Assembly (NCBI GenBank): GCA_934747265.1
Contig: CAKVGI010000001.1
Span: forward strand, 5,499-69,498
Source: an uncultured Rickettsiales bacterium
GTDB lineage: Bacteria; Pseudomonadota; Alphaproteobacteria; Rickettsiales; UBA1997
Reading direction: 5' to 3'
Length of the DNA: 64,000 bases
In this document: one piece after another, positions 40,522 to 52,803 of the stretch
Layout of the letters: each line of letters opens with the position of its first letter
Numbering within the stretch: the first letter of the stretch is position 1
The notes under the pieces: generated by a model
The model's database searches: none
What the model was told of the DNA's origin: nothing
What the model saw: only the letters and a program-made list of their open reading frames with translations
Made by a program: the position numbers and the translations under genes

Positions 40522-42414
40522 TTAATAAAGAAAGTTAATTTTTATCACATTATTATCACTTGCAGAATCAATAATGATTTTTTTACTATATCTGTTAATT
40601 AAACACGGGGTTTTCTTATTGTAATTACAGTAAAAAAAAGTTCCTTTTAAATAATATTTTTCATTATCTTCTAGCATAGGCAGAATTAATATATTATTCT
40701 TTAAAATATCTCTTTTTGAGTATGTTTTTATCAATATTGCTGACTGATTTTTTAGATCTTCCTTATATAAAGCAAGAGTTTGTGGTGCCATTTTTTCAAA
40801 TGAATAATCAAAATCAAGATTTATATCTATCTTATTATTAATTCCATCTTTTATTATAACTTCATCAATATTATTTATATTTAAAAAATCATCTTCTGCA
40901 ATCCTTAATCTATTGTATTCTGGTGCAAAACTTATATCTATTACTTTTGTTTTGTTTGTATTTTTGTCTAATTGTATCAATTTTTTATTATTTTCGTTTG
41001 TAATATATATTTTGTCTCTAAAATTAATTATATCATTTGGTAAATCATAAATATTATCATTTTCATTTTTATTGATGCTATAATTAATTATCTTATTATC
41101 TTTAATTCTTAAAATTTTATTATTAAATTTATCTATAAAATAGAAGCCCGTATCGTCTATATGAAAATTATTATTACCTTCTATCTTTATATCATTATTT
41201 TCATTTAATTCATTAAAATCTATTTCTTTTTGTATATTTTCTTCTTTATCTATACTATATAGACCGTAATTTTTTGTATTAACAAAATATATTTTATCAT
41301 TATATTTAACAAGTTTAAGAATATATTTGTCGCACTCAGAACATTCAATCGGACTTAGTTTGTTTGTTTCTAAATTATATTTTAGTAAAGGATTTTTTGA
41401 TGCATTGGATATAATTAAGTTATCATCTAAAATTGCAATGCTCAAAGGATTTTTTAGTAAATTATTTTCTTTTATTAAAGTAGAAACGTCTAATGTTCTT
41501 AAATCAACACTTCTTATGGAATCATTACAAGTATCGGCAATATATAAGATTTTATTATCATAAATTGCTATTCCAGATGGATAACAGAAAGATGAATCAA
41601 CTCCATTGCTATCTATATTGCCTCTTTTTCCATTACCTATTTGATTTATAATATTTCCACTAATTGTTGTGAAAAATATTTTTTTACCTTTTGAATCTGA
41701 AATTATAAAATAAGGACCATCTTTTGTATCTTTTATTTTATCTAAATATATTATGTGATTGAGTGATTTAATAAATGTTTCTGGTTGATTATTTTTTTCT
41801 AAAACTATACCGCTTAATTTATTTTTATTTAATTTTGGTTTTTTTGATAAAATATTATCAATTCCAGCGATAATTTCATTTTTTATATTACCATCGTATG
41901 AAAAAGTGTTGACAATATTACCTTCCTCATCCGCCAAAACAAAATACTTATCAAGATTTTTTGTATTATTTCCTAGATTAAAATCGTAAATATTTAGTAC
42001 GGGTCTTTCAATATTGTTTTTAATTATATAATTTATAATTGTATTTTTATTCAAGTCAAAATTATCAGCAATAATATCTATAATTATAATTTTATTTCCA
42101 TATTTTTGCTCTAATTGTCTTGCTAAATCAACAGAAAAAATATACGAAAAATCTTTTATATTGTAAACATTTAATAATATAATTCTATTTCTTAATTCTT
42201 TAATATTTAATTCCTTAATGTTAAATATTGATTTGCTTTCGCTTTTTGATATTGTATTCATTAAGTCGCTATCAATAATATTTTCAGTGTTTTTTGTAAG
42301 CTTACCATAGATATAAAAACCCAAAAAAATAATAATAGCCGTAATAAAAACGGTTAACAATATTCTACGATGCTCAATTTTTTTTCTTATAAGATTATGT
42401 CTTCTTAGATACAT
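40522..42414 (-). CDS. Membrane-anchored NHL-repeat beta-propeller protein with an N-terminal thioredoxin-like region lacking CxxC
   Basis: N-terminal transmembrane helix and NHL-type repeats (PSGIAIYDNKILYIADTCNDSIRSVDL). Confidence 0.5.
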   Translation of the reverse strand: MYLRRHNLIRKKIEHRRILLTVFITAIIIFLGFYIYGKLTKNTENIIDSDLMNTISKSESKSIFNIKELNIKELRNRIILLNVYNIKDFSYIFSVDLARQLEQKYGNKIIIIDIIADNFDLNKNTIINYIIKNNIERPVLNIYDFNLGNNTKNLDKYFVLADEEGNIVNTFSYDGNIKNEIIAGIDNILSKKPKLNKNKLSGIVLEKNNQPETFIKSLNHIIYLDKIKDTKDGPYFIISDSKGKKIFFTTISGNIINQIGNGKRGNIDSNGVDSSFCYPSGIAIYDNKILYIADTCNDSIRSVDLRTLDVSTLIKENNLLKNPLSIAILDDNLIISNASKNPLLKYNLETNKLSPIECSECDKYILKLVKYNDKIYFVNTKNYGLYSIDKEENIQKEIDFNELNENNDIKIEGNNNFHIDDTGFYFIDKFNNKILRIKDNKIINYSINKNENDNIYDLPNDIINFRDKIYITNENNKKLIQLDKNTNKTKVIDISFAPEYNRLRIAEDDFLNINNIDEVIIKDGINNKIDINLDFDYSFEKMAPQTLALYKEDLKNQSAILIKTYSKRDILKNNILILPMLEDNEKYYLKGTFFYCNYNKKTPCLINRYSKKIIIDSASDNNVIKINFLY

Positions 42415-42449
42415 ACAGCCTTCATTTGATTAAATTTATCAAATACACA

Positions 42450-42472
42450 TAGCTCTATTTAAAAATAGAGCT
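42450..42472 (-). terminator. Possible terminator hairpin of rpsU
   Basis: TAGCTCTATTT / AAATAGAGCTA palindrome just downstream of the stop. The T-run is weak. Confidence 0.3.
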
Positions 42473-42480
42473 AATAGATA

Positions 42481-42672
42481 CTAAAAATTTTTCTTTTTTC
42501 TTTTTGTTCTAGCCTTGCTTTCTTGTATTTTTCTTTTTCTTTTTTCACAAGGTTTTTCATATTCCTTTCTTCTTCTTGCTTCTCTAACTATTCCTTCTTT
42601 TTGTGTTTTTTTTCTGAATAATCTGATAGCAAATTCTAATTTATTTTTGTCTGGAACAACTACACTTACCAA
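42481..42672 (-). CDS. rpsU: 30S ribosomal protein S21
   Basis: LEFAIRLFRKKTQKEGIVREARRRKEYEKPCEKRKRK. TTG start. Confidence 0.9.
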   Translation of the reverse strand: MVSVVVPDKNKLEFAIRLFRKKTQKEGIVREARRRKEYEKPCEKRKRKIQESKARTKRKKKNF

Positions 42673-42859
42673 CTAACTTACCACCTTTAAACTTTTTATT
42701 AATAACCATTTTCTAAGAATAAATAATATAATTTTTAAGTCAAGAAATAAAAAATATTTTACAGGATATTATTAATCTATAATTTATTAAACAGTAAATA
42801 TAAGTCATATTTTAATTTATATCTATACTTTTATTATATCTTTTTATCTTTTCATTAAA

Positions 42860-43340
42860 CTTCACCTACCGTTAGAAAATACCAATTTTTGCTCCACTGC
42901 TAATGATAGGTATCTTTTACCCTCTATTAAGAGAAACTTTTTAATCCCTTAATAAGAACATACATTCTTACCTGTTAAGGGGATACTCCTCAATACCCCT
43001 GCCAAGAAGGTACTCATCTAATATCCCCTGTTAAAAGTAGTAAAAGTGGGGGGCGAATATTTGATTATATTAGATTACAATTATTTATATAAATAATATT
43101 TTTAATGTGTAATATATTTATTATTCTTAATTCTAAATCCAAACCCTGCAAATTTATATTTTATTTTCAATTTTTAATTATTTATTTTATTATAAATTAA
43201 ATAAATGCTATCAATCATCACTGCTGACTACGTTAGCTCCACCATATAAAAGGGACAAAGAAGTCAACGTATCAAATAAATAGATTAATATATACGTCAA
43301 CTCCTACCATATAAGAGGGACAAAGAAGGAGATGCTAACT
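42860..43340 (-). repeat. Type-1 mosaic intergenic element, copy D (inverted, heavily decayed)
   Basis: Recognisable core (AAATAAATGCTATCAATCATCACTGCTGACTACGTTAGC; TTCAATTTTTAATTA) with AT-eroded arms. Confidence 0.65.
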
Positions 43341-43653
43341 TTTTGATATGTTGGATCTCCGAATTCAACACCTTATGTTAATAAATATATAATTTTGAAA
43401 GTATTGAGTGTTGAGTCCAGATACATAACACTTCATATAAAAGCCTAATACTTCATATAAAAAACTCAGCATCTCGTATAAAGCTAGTAGTAAACATTAA
43501 ACAAAAAGTTAACATTAATAAATTAAATATATAAATTTTAAACCATTTTTAAACTTTTTTAAACTTTTTTCGCTATACTTTTTAAAAATAAGAATTATTA
43601 TAGAATTGTTGATTTACTAAACGGATGGCTAATTGAAAATAATTTAAAATAAT

Positions 43654-44742
43654 ATGAAAATGGTATTTTTTTACATATTCTTATTTTTGGTGTTTGCCTT
43701 TTTTGCTTTGGTAATAGTTCTTGCAAGAAATTTTGGCAAAGCACCTACTGGCGATTATGGTAATTTATCTTATTATAGAAATGGCAGATTTATAGCTCCG
43801 GAGCCTTTGCCATATACTTTTAAAAGAGAAATTCCAAATGAGAAGTTTAGCTTTTTTAGTTTGTTTTTTAAGTCAAAAAATGCACCAAAGGATAAGTTGC
43901 CGACTGTAAAGCCAACTTTTGCGGAAAAACCTAGCGATTTTGCTATTTTTTGGTTGGGTCATTCTAATACAATACTAGAATTGGATGGCAAAAGATTAAT
44001 TATTGATCCCGTATTTGAAAATGCTGGACCAGTTCCGTTTGTTGTTTCTCGTTATGTAAAGTCTCCAGTTAAAAGAAAAGATTTGCCACATATTGATTAC
44101 GTTGTTTTAACGCACAACCATTACGATCATTTAGAAAGAGAAACGGTACAAAAATTTAGAAAGACTGATACTAAATTTATTGCTCCATTAGGTGTTGCTG
44201 ATGCTTTAATTGGTTGGGGAATTGAAAGAGATAATATTATAGAACTTGGTTGGGAAGAAAATTTTGTTGATGATAGTTTATCTTTTACACTTTTGCCAAG
44301 TATTCATTTTTCTGGAAGAAATTATAATGATTGGAATAAAACCCTTTGGGGTTCGTATATTATAAAATCAAAGGATAAAAGTATATTTTGGGGTGGTGAT
44401 GGTGGATATGGTAAACATTTTGCTGAATATAGTAAAAAATATGGAAAATTTGATATTGTAGCTCTTGAAATTGATGGTTGGAACGAGAATTGGGCTGATA
44501 TACATATGTTTCCAGATGAAGTTATAAAAACGGCAAAGGATTTAAATTCTGAATATGTGTTGCCAATACATTGGGCGGTATTTGATTTAGCAATGCATCC
44601 TTGGAAAGAGTCAATAAATTATGTTGTTGATGAAGCAAATAAAAATGACATAAAATTGATTACTCCAAAAATTGGGGAAAAGGTTGATGAAAGTAATTTT
44701 AAAGACTTTATTAATAATAATTGGTGGAAAGATTATAAATAA
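43654..44742 (+). CDS. MBL-fold metallo-hydrolase (NAPE-PLD-like)
   Basis: LTHNHYDHL (HxHxDH motif) and an N-terminal transmembrane or signal helix. Confidence 0.7.
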   Translation: MKMVFFYIFLFLVFAFFALVIVLARNFGKAPTGDYGNLSYYRNGRFIAPEPLPYTFKREIPNEKFSFFSLFFKSKNAPKDKLPTVKPTFAEKPSDFAIFWLGHSNTILELDGKRLIIDPVFENAGPVPFVVSRYVKSPVKRKDLPHIDYVVLTHNHYDHLERETVQKFRKTDTKFIAPLGVADALIGWGIERDNIIELGWEENFVDDSLSFTLLPSIHFSGRNYNDWNKTLWGSYIIKSKDKSIFWGGDGGYGKHFAEYSKKYGKFDIVALEIDGWNENWADIHMFPDEVIKTAKDLNSEYVLPIHWAVFDLAMHPWKESINYVVDEANKNDIKLITPKIGEKVDESNFKDFINNNWWKDYK

Positions 44743-44753
44743 TAAAAGAATTT

Positions 44754-45797
44754 CTATTCAGATGGTAAAAATTGTAAGTCTTTTTCAACAGCTTTAAATT
44801 TATTTGCCACATTTTTTGTAAAATATTCATTATCTGTTAAAGTTAACTTTTTAATTGGTTGGTCTTTACTGAAATCAATATTTTTTAATTCAATCCAGAA
44901 AATATTTTCATTAAATACAGAATCATAAAAATATACTTTGTTTTTTTGATCCGCAATTGTTCGCCATCTTGTTGTTGATATATTTGGTTCATTTGGTGTA
45001 GTTATTCCAACGGGAACAGACACATTTCTCATAACAGATAAAACACTTGCTACGCCTAATTTTTCGTCAGATGTTTTGGGTATGACATTTATATAAAATG
45101 AAGCTCTTGCAAATCTATCAACCGCTCTATTTGCACCCGGTAAAAATTCTGTTCCATTTATATTTTCCCAATATTTTTGTATTGCAATTTGCTTCCAATA
45201 TTCTGGTGAATTTGTTAAAACTTGATATTTTTTATTGTGATATATTTTTAATTCACCATTAATATATTCAAAAATTGCAGAATCGCCAGTTGAATCTGAT
45301 ATTGATAAATGTAGTCCCGCCTGTCTTCCATCGTTCGGTATTTCTGCTGTAACTACATAAAATCTATTCTTTTTCATATCTTTTACAGCTTCATTAACCG
45401 TTGCATAGTTATCAAGAAAATATTGTACCCACATTGATATTGCTAGTGTTTTTCTTTTATCATTTTTTAATGGTTTAATATATTCCGACTCTGTAAGATA
45501 TAAAATATTTGCAGATAATCCTTTTTCATTCATACCATCTACGGTTGTAATATCATAAGCTGATGTTGTAATACTACCATATTTAGAAATCCAACTTATA
45601 GAATTTTCGCCAGCTTTTCCATCTCTTTTTATTCCTCTTGGAAAAGCCCATATATTTGTTTCTTGATCGCTTTTCCAATCCATAGTTCTACCAGTAATTA
45701 CAAGATTATTTTCACCAATATAAACGGCTCTGGTACAAGCAAGAATATTGGCTATACTTGCGAAAAATACTATTACAATATAAATTATCTTTTTCAT
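44754..45797 (-). CDS. Choloylglycine hydrolase / linear amide C-N hydrolase (Ntn) family protein, secreted
   Basis: Signal peptide ending ILA|CTRAV, with the nucleophile Cys at the mature N-terminus. Confidence 0.72.
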   Translation of the reverse strand: MKKIIYIVIVFFASIANILACTRAVYIGENNLVITGRTMDWKSDQETNIWAFPRGIKRDGKAGENSISWISKYGSITTSAYDITTVDGMNEKGLSANILYLTESEYIKPLKNDKRKTLAISMWVQYFLDNYATVNEAVKDMKKNRFYVVTAEIPNDGRQAGLHLSISDSTGDSAIFEYINGELKIYHNKKYQVLTNSPEYWKQIAIQKYWENINGTEFLPGANRAVDRFARASFYINVIPKTSDEKLGVASVLSVMRNVSVPVGITTPNEPNISTTRWRTIADQKNKVYFYDSVFNENIFWIELKNIDFSKDQPIKKLTLTDNEYFTKNVANKFKAVEKDLQFLPSE

Positions 45798-45914
45798 AAA
45801 TAATAATTTATTATATACAACTATAAGTATAATAATTATTTAAAAAATCAAGAAAAAAATTATTACAATTAATTATGTATATATAAAAATATTGCAGTAG
45901 TGATAAAAAATAAA

Positions 45915-46575
45915 GTCCCTTTAATTCCTTTTATCATTTTTGCGGAGTTAGTTGCGAAATACCTCTTCTCCGCCTTCTCATTGTAAAGTAATAAGCTAGC
46001 GTATGAATACTTTCCCTTTCGTTATCCTCTGTGAGAAAAAGCTGATGTAGAACGCTCCCCTTGCTACCTTCGTAAGGAAGGGAGTTGACACTAAAACCCC
46101 CCTTACCCCCCTTATCAGGGGGGAATGAGTAGTAGCTATCCTTTGTAAGGGGGGAGCTGACGTAGTCAGCAGGGGGGTGATAGTATTTATTTTGTTTTAT
46201 TATAAAATAAAACAAAATAAATAATTGAAAATTGAAAATAAATATAAAGTTGAAGAGCTTAAATTCAAGATTTAAAATTAAGAATTAAGAATTAAGAATT
46301 AAGAATAATACTATATATTAAACAGTAATTATTATTATATAAAGTATATAATTAATAATTTTATAAGAATTATAAAATAATATATTAACATAAAAAAAGA
46401 ATTTAAATATAATTAAAGTATTTAAACCCCCCTTACCCCCCTTATCAGGGGGGAATTGAATAGGTGCCCCTTATCAGGGGAGAATAGAGATTATTATTCT
46501 TACATGATGGAATGAAATAAAGTAGCAGGAGGCAGAGAGAGGCATCTTAATACAGTAGTAGGAATATAACTTAAC
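45915..46575 (+). repeat. Type-1 mosaic intergenic element, copy E (best preserved)
   Basis: Left array 45915-46182, core 46183-46423, right array 46424-46575. A 33-nt perfect direct repeat is at 46094-46126 and 46424-46456. Confidence 0.88.
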
Positions 46576-46813
46576 GGAAAAATAAAGTTTATTGAAGGAA
46601 AAATAAAAGTATAGATATAGGTTAAGATGTAATTTACATTTATTATTTAATAAACCATATTATAGAATATGAAAAAAGCAGAAAATGTAAAGAAAGAGAA
46701 AATTGTAAATGGAGATAAATTAATTATTATTAATACTATTTATTTTATAAAAATTCTTGTTTTTTAAAGATTAATTGGTTAATATTCTTTTGAGTTAATA
46801 TAATTATATTTGT

Positions 46814-47752
46814 ATGGCAGAAATAAAGGTTGATGTTGTTGTTATTGGTTCTGGACCAGCTGGAAATACGGCAAGTATATATTTATCAAGAAGTAATTTA
46901 AATGTTGCATTAATTGCAGGTATGTCAATAGGTGGGCAATTAACAACTACTGCGGAAGTTGAGAATTTCCCGGGTTTTTCAAGTCCAGTCTTAGGAAGTG
47001 ATCTAATGATGCAAATGATGGAGCAAAGTAGAAATCTTGGTGTTAATATTGTTTATGATCAAGTTATATCCGTTGATTTTTCTTCAAGGCCATATAAATG
47101 TACTCTTGATAGTGGTGATGTTTACTTGTCAAAATATATAGTTATATGTACTGGCGCATCAGCTAAATGGCTAGGTCTACCATCGGAGGAAGAATTTAAG
47201 GGAAGAGGCGTTTCAGCTTGCGCTACTTGTGATGGTTCTTTTTATAAGGGTAAAGTTGTTGCTGTTGTTGGTGGTGGTTCGTCAGCTGGTACGGAAGCTT
47301 TACATTTATCAAATTTAGCTAAGAAAGTATATTTAATTCATAGAAGAGATACTTTTAAGATGTCTGAAACTATATTAAAAAGAGTTAAAGAATCAAAAAA
47401 TATAGAATTTGTTTTAGATAGTGAGATTACTGAGATTATTGGTTCTGAACAACCAAAGGCAGTTAATAAAATAAAAGTTTTTAATTCTAAAACAAATACA
47501 GAAAGAGAAATAGATGTGGATGGAGTATTTATTGCGATAGGAAGAACACCTGCAACGAGTATATTTAAAGATACACCTTTAAAACTAAATGAAAATGGTT
47601 ATATAATTACTGAACCAGATAGTTGCAAAACAAATATTGATGGTGTATATGCGGCAGGCGATGTGGCTGATAAGAGATTTAAACAAGGTATAATTGCTGC
47701 CGGACAAGGTGCGGAAGCTGCTATGGAAATTCAAAGTAATATGGAGAGTTAA
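46814..47752 (+). CDS. trxB: Thioredoxin-disulfide reductase
   Basis: GSGPAG FAD motif, redox CATCDG, GGGSSA NADPH motif. Confidence 0.93.
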   Translation: MAEIKVDVVVIGSGPAGNTASIYLSRSNLNVALIAGMSIGGQLTTTAEVENFPGFSSPVLGSDLMMQMMEQSRNLGVNIVYDQVISVDFSSRPYKCTLDSGDVYLSKYIVICTGASAKWLGLPSEEEFKGRGVSACATCDGSFYKGKVVAVVGGGSSAGTEALHLSNLAKKVYLIHRRDTFKMSETILKRVKESKNIEFVLDSEITEIIGSEQPKAVNKIKVFNSKTNTEREIDVDGVFIAIGRTPATSIFKDTPLKLNENGYIITEPDSCKTNIDGVYAAGDVADKRFKQGIIAAGQGAEAAMEIQSNMES

Positions 47753-47755
47753 AAA

Positions 47756-48901
47756 ATGAATGTAGTTGAATTATATTTTAAATTTTTTGATGATTTAAAT
47801 ATTTATTCAAAAATATCAATACAGATTCTGTCATTGATATTATTCACTTTTTTTACATCTAAATTAATAAAATACTTGTTATTTGATCTGTTTAAATATT
47901 TTTCCAAAAATGATAACTTGGATAATAGTATAATTGTGGCATCAAAAAAGCCGATTCTATTTTTTATGTGGTTATATTGTTTTATTACTTGTAGCAATTT
48001 AATAATAGAGAGAATAGACGAAAGTATGCTAAAAATTGCAAATAATTTAAAATATGCAATAATGTATTTATCTGTATTAATATTTTTGCTAAAAAGTATT
48101 TCGCAAGTAAAAAGACATTATATATTACAAAAAGAAAAATATAATTCAAGTTTAGATTATCCGGGAATTGACGCTGTTGAAAAATTATCAAAAGTGTCCG
48201 TAATAATTATTTGGTCAATTTTTGCATTAGGAAAGATGGGTTTCAATTTAAATGCATTACTTGCATTTAGTGGAGCTGGTGGTATTCTTGTTGGTTTTGC
48301 TGGTAAAGATTTATTTACAAATATTTTTGGTGGATTGGTTATATATCTTGATAAGCCGTTTGTTGTTGGTGATTGGATTGCATCACCAGATAAGGATATT
48401 GAGGGAGATGTTGAGGCAATAGGTTGGAGACAAACCAGAATTTTAACTTTTGAAAAATTCCCAATTTATGTTCCAAATTCAATATTTGGTACAATAGTTA
48501 TTCAAAATAAAAGTAGGCTAAGATCGCGAAGAATTAAAGAGACTATCAATATTAGATATACAGATTATGATAAAGTTAACAATATTACAAGTGATGTATT
48601 AAAAATGTTAAAGGAGCATCCTGCAATTAATAAAAAATACAAAATGTATGTAAACTTTACGCAAGTTCAAGATGGTTGTCTAACTTTAACTGTTTACACT
48701 TTTACAAATACTACTGAATTTACTAGATTTTTTGAGATAAAACAAGATATTTTACTGAAAGTTGCAGAAATAATAAAAGAAAATGGTGCAGAACTAGCTC
48801 ATCCAACACAAACCATAGATATAAATACGGAAAATAAAATAGAAAAGACGCAAATAATTGATCCAATATTGGATTATACAGATAAAGTGGTCATGGAATA
48901 A
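47756..48901 (+). CDS. Mechanosensitive ion channel (MscS family)
   Basis: FTNIFGGLVIYLDKPFVVGDWI pore/beta-domain junction motif, with transmembrane helices on the N-terminal side. Confidence 0.8.
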   Translation: MNVVELYFKFFDDLNIYSKISIQILSLILFTFFTSKLIKYLLFDLFKYFSKNDNLDNSIIVASKKPILFFMWLYCFITCSNLIIERIDESMLKIANNLKYAIMYLSVLIFLLKSISQVKRHYILQKEKYNSSLDYPGIDAVEKLSKVSVIIIWSIFALGKMGFNLNALLAFSGAGGILVGFAGKDLFTNIFGGLVIYLDKPFVVGDWIASPDKDIEGDVEAIGWRQTRILTFEKFPIYVPNSIFGTIVIQNKSRLRSRRIKETINIRYTDYDKVNNITSDVLKMLKEHPAINKKYKMYVNFTQVQDGCLTLTVYTFTNTTEFTRFFEIKQDILLKVAEIIKENGAELAHPTQTIDINTENKIEKTQIIDPILDYTDKVVME

Positions 48902-49117
48902 TATATTATGTATTATAATTGATTAATAACTTATTAAATACACTTTTAATATTTGATTATGATAAATAATTATTATATAATATATTATTTTTTTGAGGGT
49001 ATAATAAATTATTTAATATAAAATATTTTTATTTTTTTTAAAAAAAATTTTAGAAAAGTTGAATAACATATTGAGAAATAAGCGATTAATAATATATAAA
49101 ATTTTTTAATTTTTTTC

Positions 49118-49146
49118 TTGACTATTAAGATTTTGTATTTTATAAT
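49118..49146 (+). promoter_or_regulatory. 23S-5S promoter P1 (TTGACT-N17-TATAAT)
   Basis: Near-identical to the 16S P1 block, including the upstream AATTTTTTTC and the downstream GGTGAnATTCGGAAA leader. Confidence 0.6.
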
Positions 49147-49209
49147 GGATTAGGTGAGATTCGGAAAACTCCAAAAAATAAAAAAAGTTAAAAATAAGAA
49201 AAATATTTC

Positions 49210-49238
49210 TTGACTTTTATTTTTTTCTTTTTTATAAT
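49210..49238 (+). promoter_or_regulatory. 23S-5S promoter P2 (TTGACT-N17-TATAAT)
   Basis: Consensus hexamers about 170 nt upstream of the 23S. Confidence 0.55.
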
Positions 49239-49410
49239 GAATCTTGCAGTTGTTTTTATATTGTGAATTTAATATTAGTACAAAGTATTATATAAGAAAA
49301 CTTTTGGATTAATAAATGTGTGATGACTTTATTATGAAGGAAGTTTAGAAAAAGTTTTATAGATTTAATTCTATATATAGTTCAATTACTTTGTATACTC
49401 TGAATTATTT

Positions 49411-52158
<2,748 letters not shown>

Positions 52159-52265
52159 GGATAATGTATATAAAGTAAAACTATATATAGTATTAAATCT
52201 ATATTTTACGGGTATAAATTGTACTAATATTAATGAGCATTTAAAGACTTTACCGTCCTTAAATA

Positions 52266-52380
52266 GCTTGGTAATCATAATGATGTGGAACCACTCGATA
52301 CATTCCGAACTCGCCAGTGAAACGCAAATCATGCCGATTGTACTATGGCTCTGTCATGGGAGATTAGGTTATTGCCAAGC
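52266..52380 (+). rRNA. rrf: 5S ribosomal RNA
   Basis: Helix I GCTTGGTAAT / ATTGCCAAGC. Conserved CCGAACTC, GTGAAAC and GGGAGA. Confidence 0.9.
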
Positions 52381-52509
52381 TTTTTAAGGGCGGTTTTTTT
52401 ATATCTTGTCTAAATATATTCTTTTTATTTTAAATATATCCCTTTATTTTTTTTCTTGATAAAATTTTGTTTTGATTTTATTCTATATATAGTAAATTCT
52501 TTTATTGCT

Positions 52510-52803
52510 ATGATGGAAAATTTTAAAAATGCTGGTAGTGAACAAAATTTAAAAAACTACTTTAATCAATATTTTTTTAATGGAGAAGCTAAAATGGAGC
52601 AAGATAAATTAGATCTTGTTGCAAATAATATAACTTTTGAAAGTAAATATAAAGATAAAAGTGTATCTATTTTAGAAATGTATACTCAGTTGATAGCTAC
52701 ACATAAAAAGCATAATATACCATTTAAAAATATATTGGGGTTTTTAATGAAAATGAAATATCCTTTATGGAATCAAAAAATATTAAAAAAAGAATTGATT
52801 TAA
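52510..52803 (+). CDS. Hypothetical small protein, or an N-terminal fragment of the broken methylase gene
   Basis: ORF in frame 1 that overlaps the next ORF (frame 0) across A6/A7 runs at 52775-52791. Confidence 0.25.
   Translation: MMENFKNAGSEQNLKNYFNQYFFNGEAKMEQDKLDLVANNITFESKYKDKSVSILEMYTQLIATHKKHNIPFKNILGFLMKMKYPLWNQKILKKELI

Noticed and set aside
46330-46420. An outward-facing sigma70 promoter in the type-1 core (TTAATA-N18-TATAAT just before the C-run, seen in copy F and probably copy A; TATAAT present in E, absent in B)
   Set aside because: Hexamers of this quality occur by chance throughout nearly pure A+T sequence, and the -10 is absent in copy B. It is mentioned only as a hypothesis to test with transcription-start mapping.
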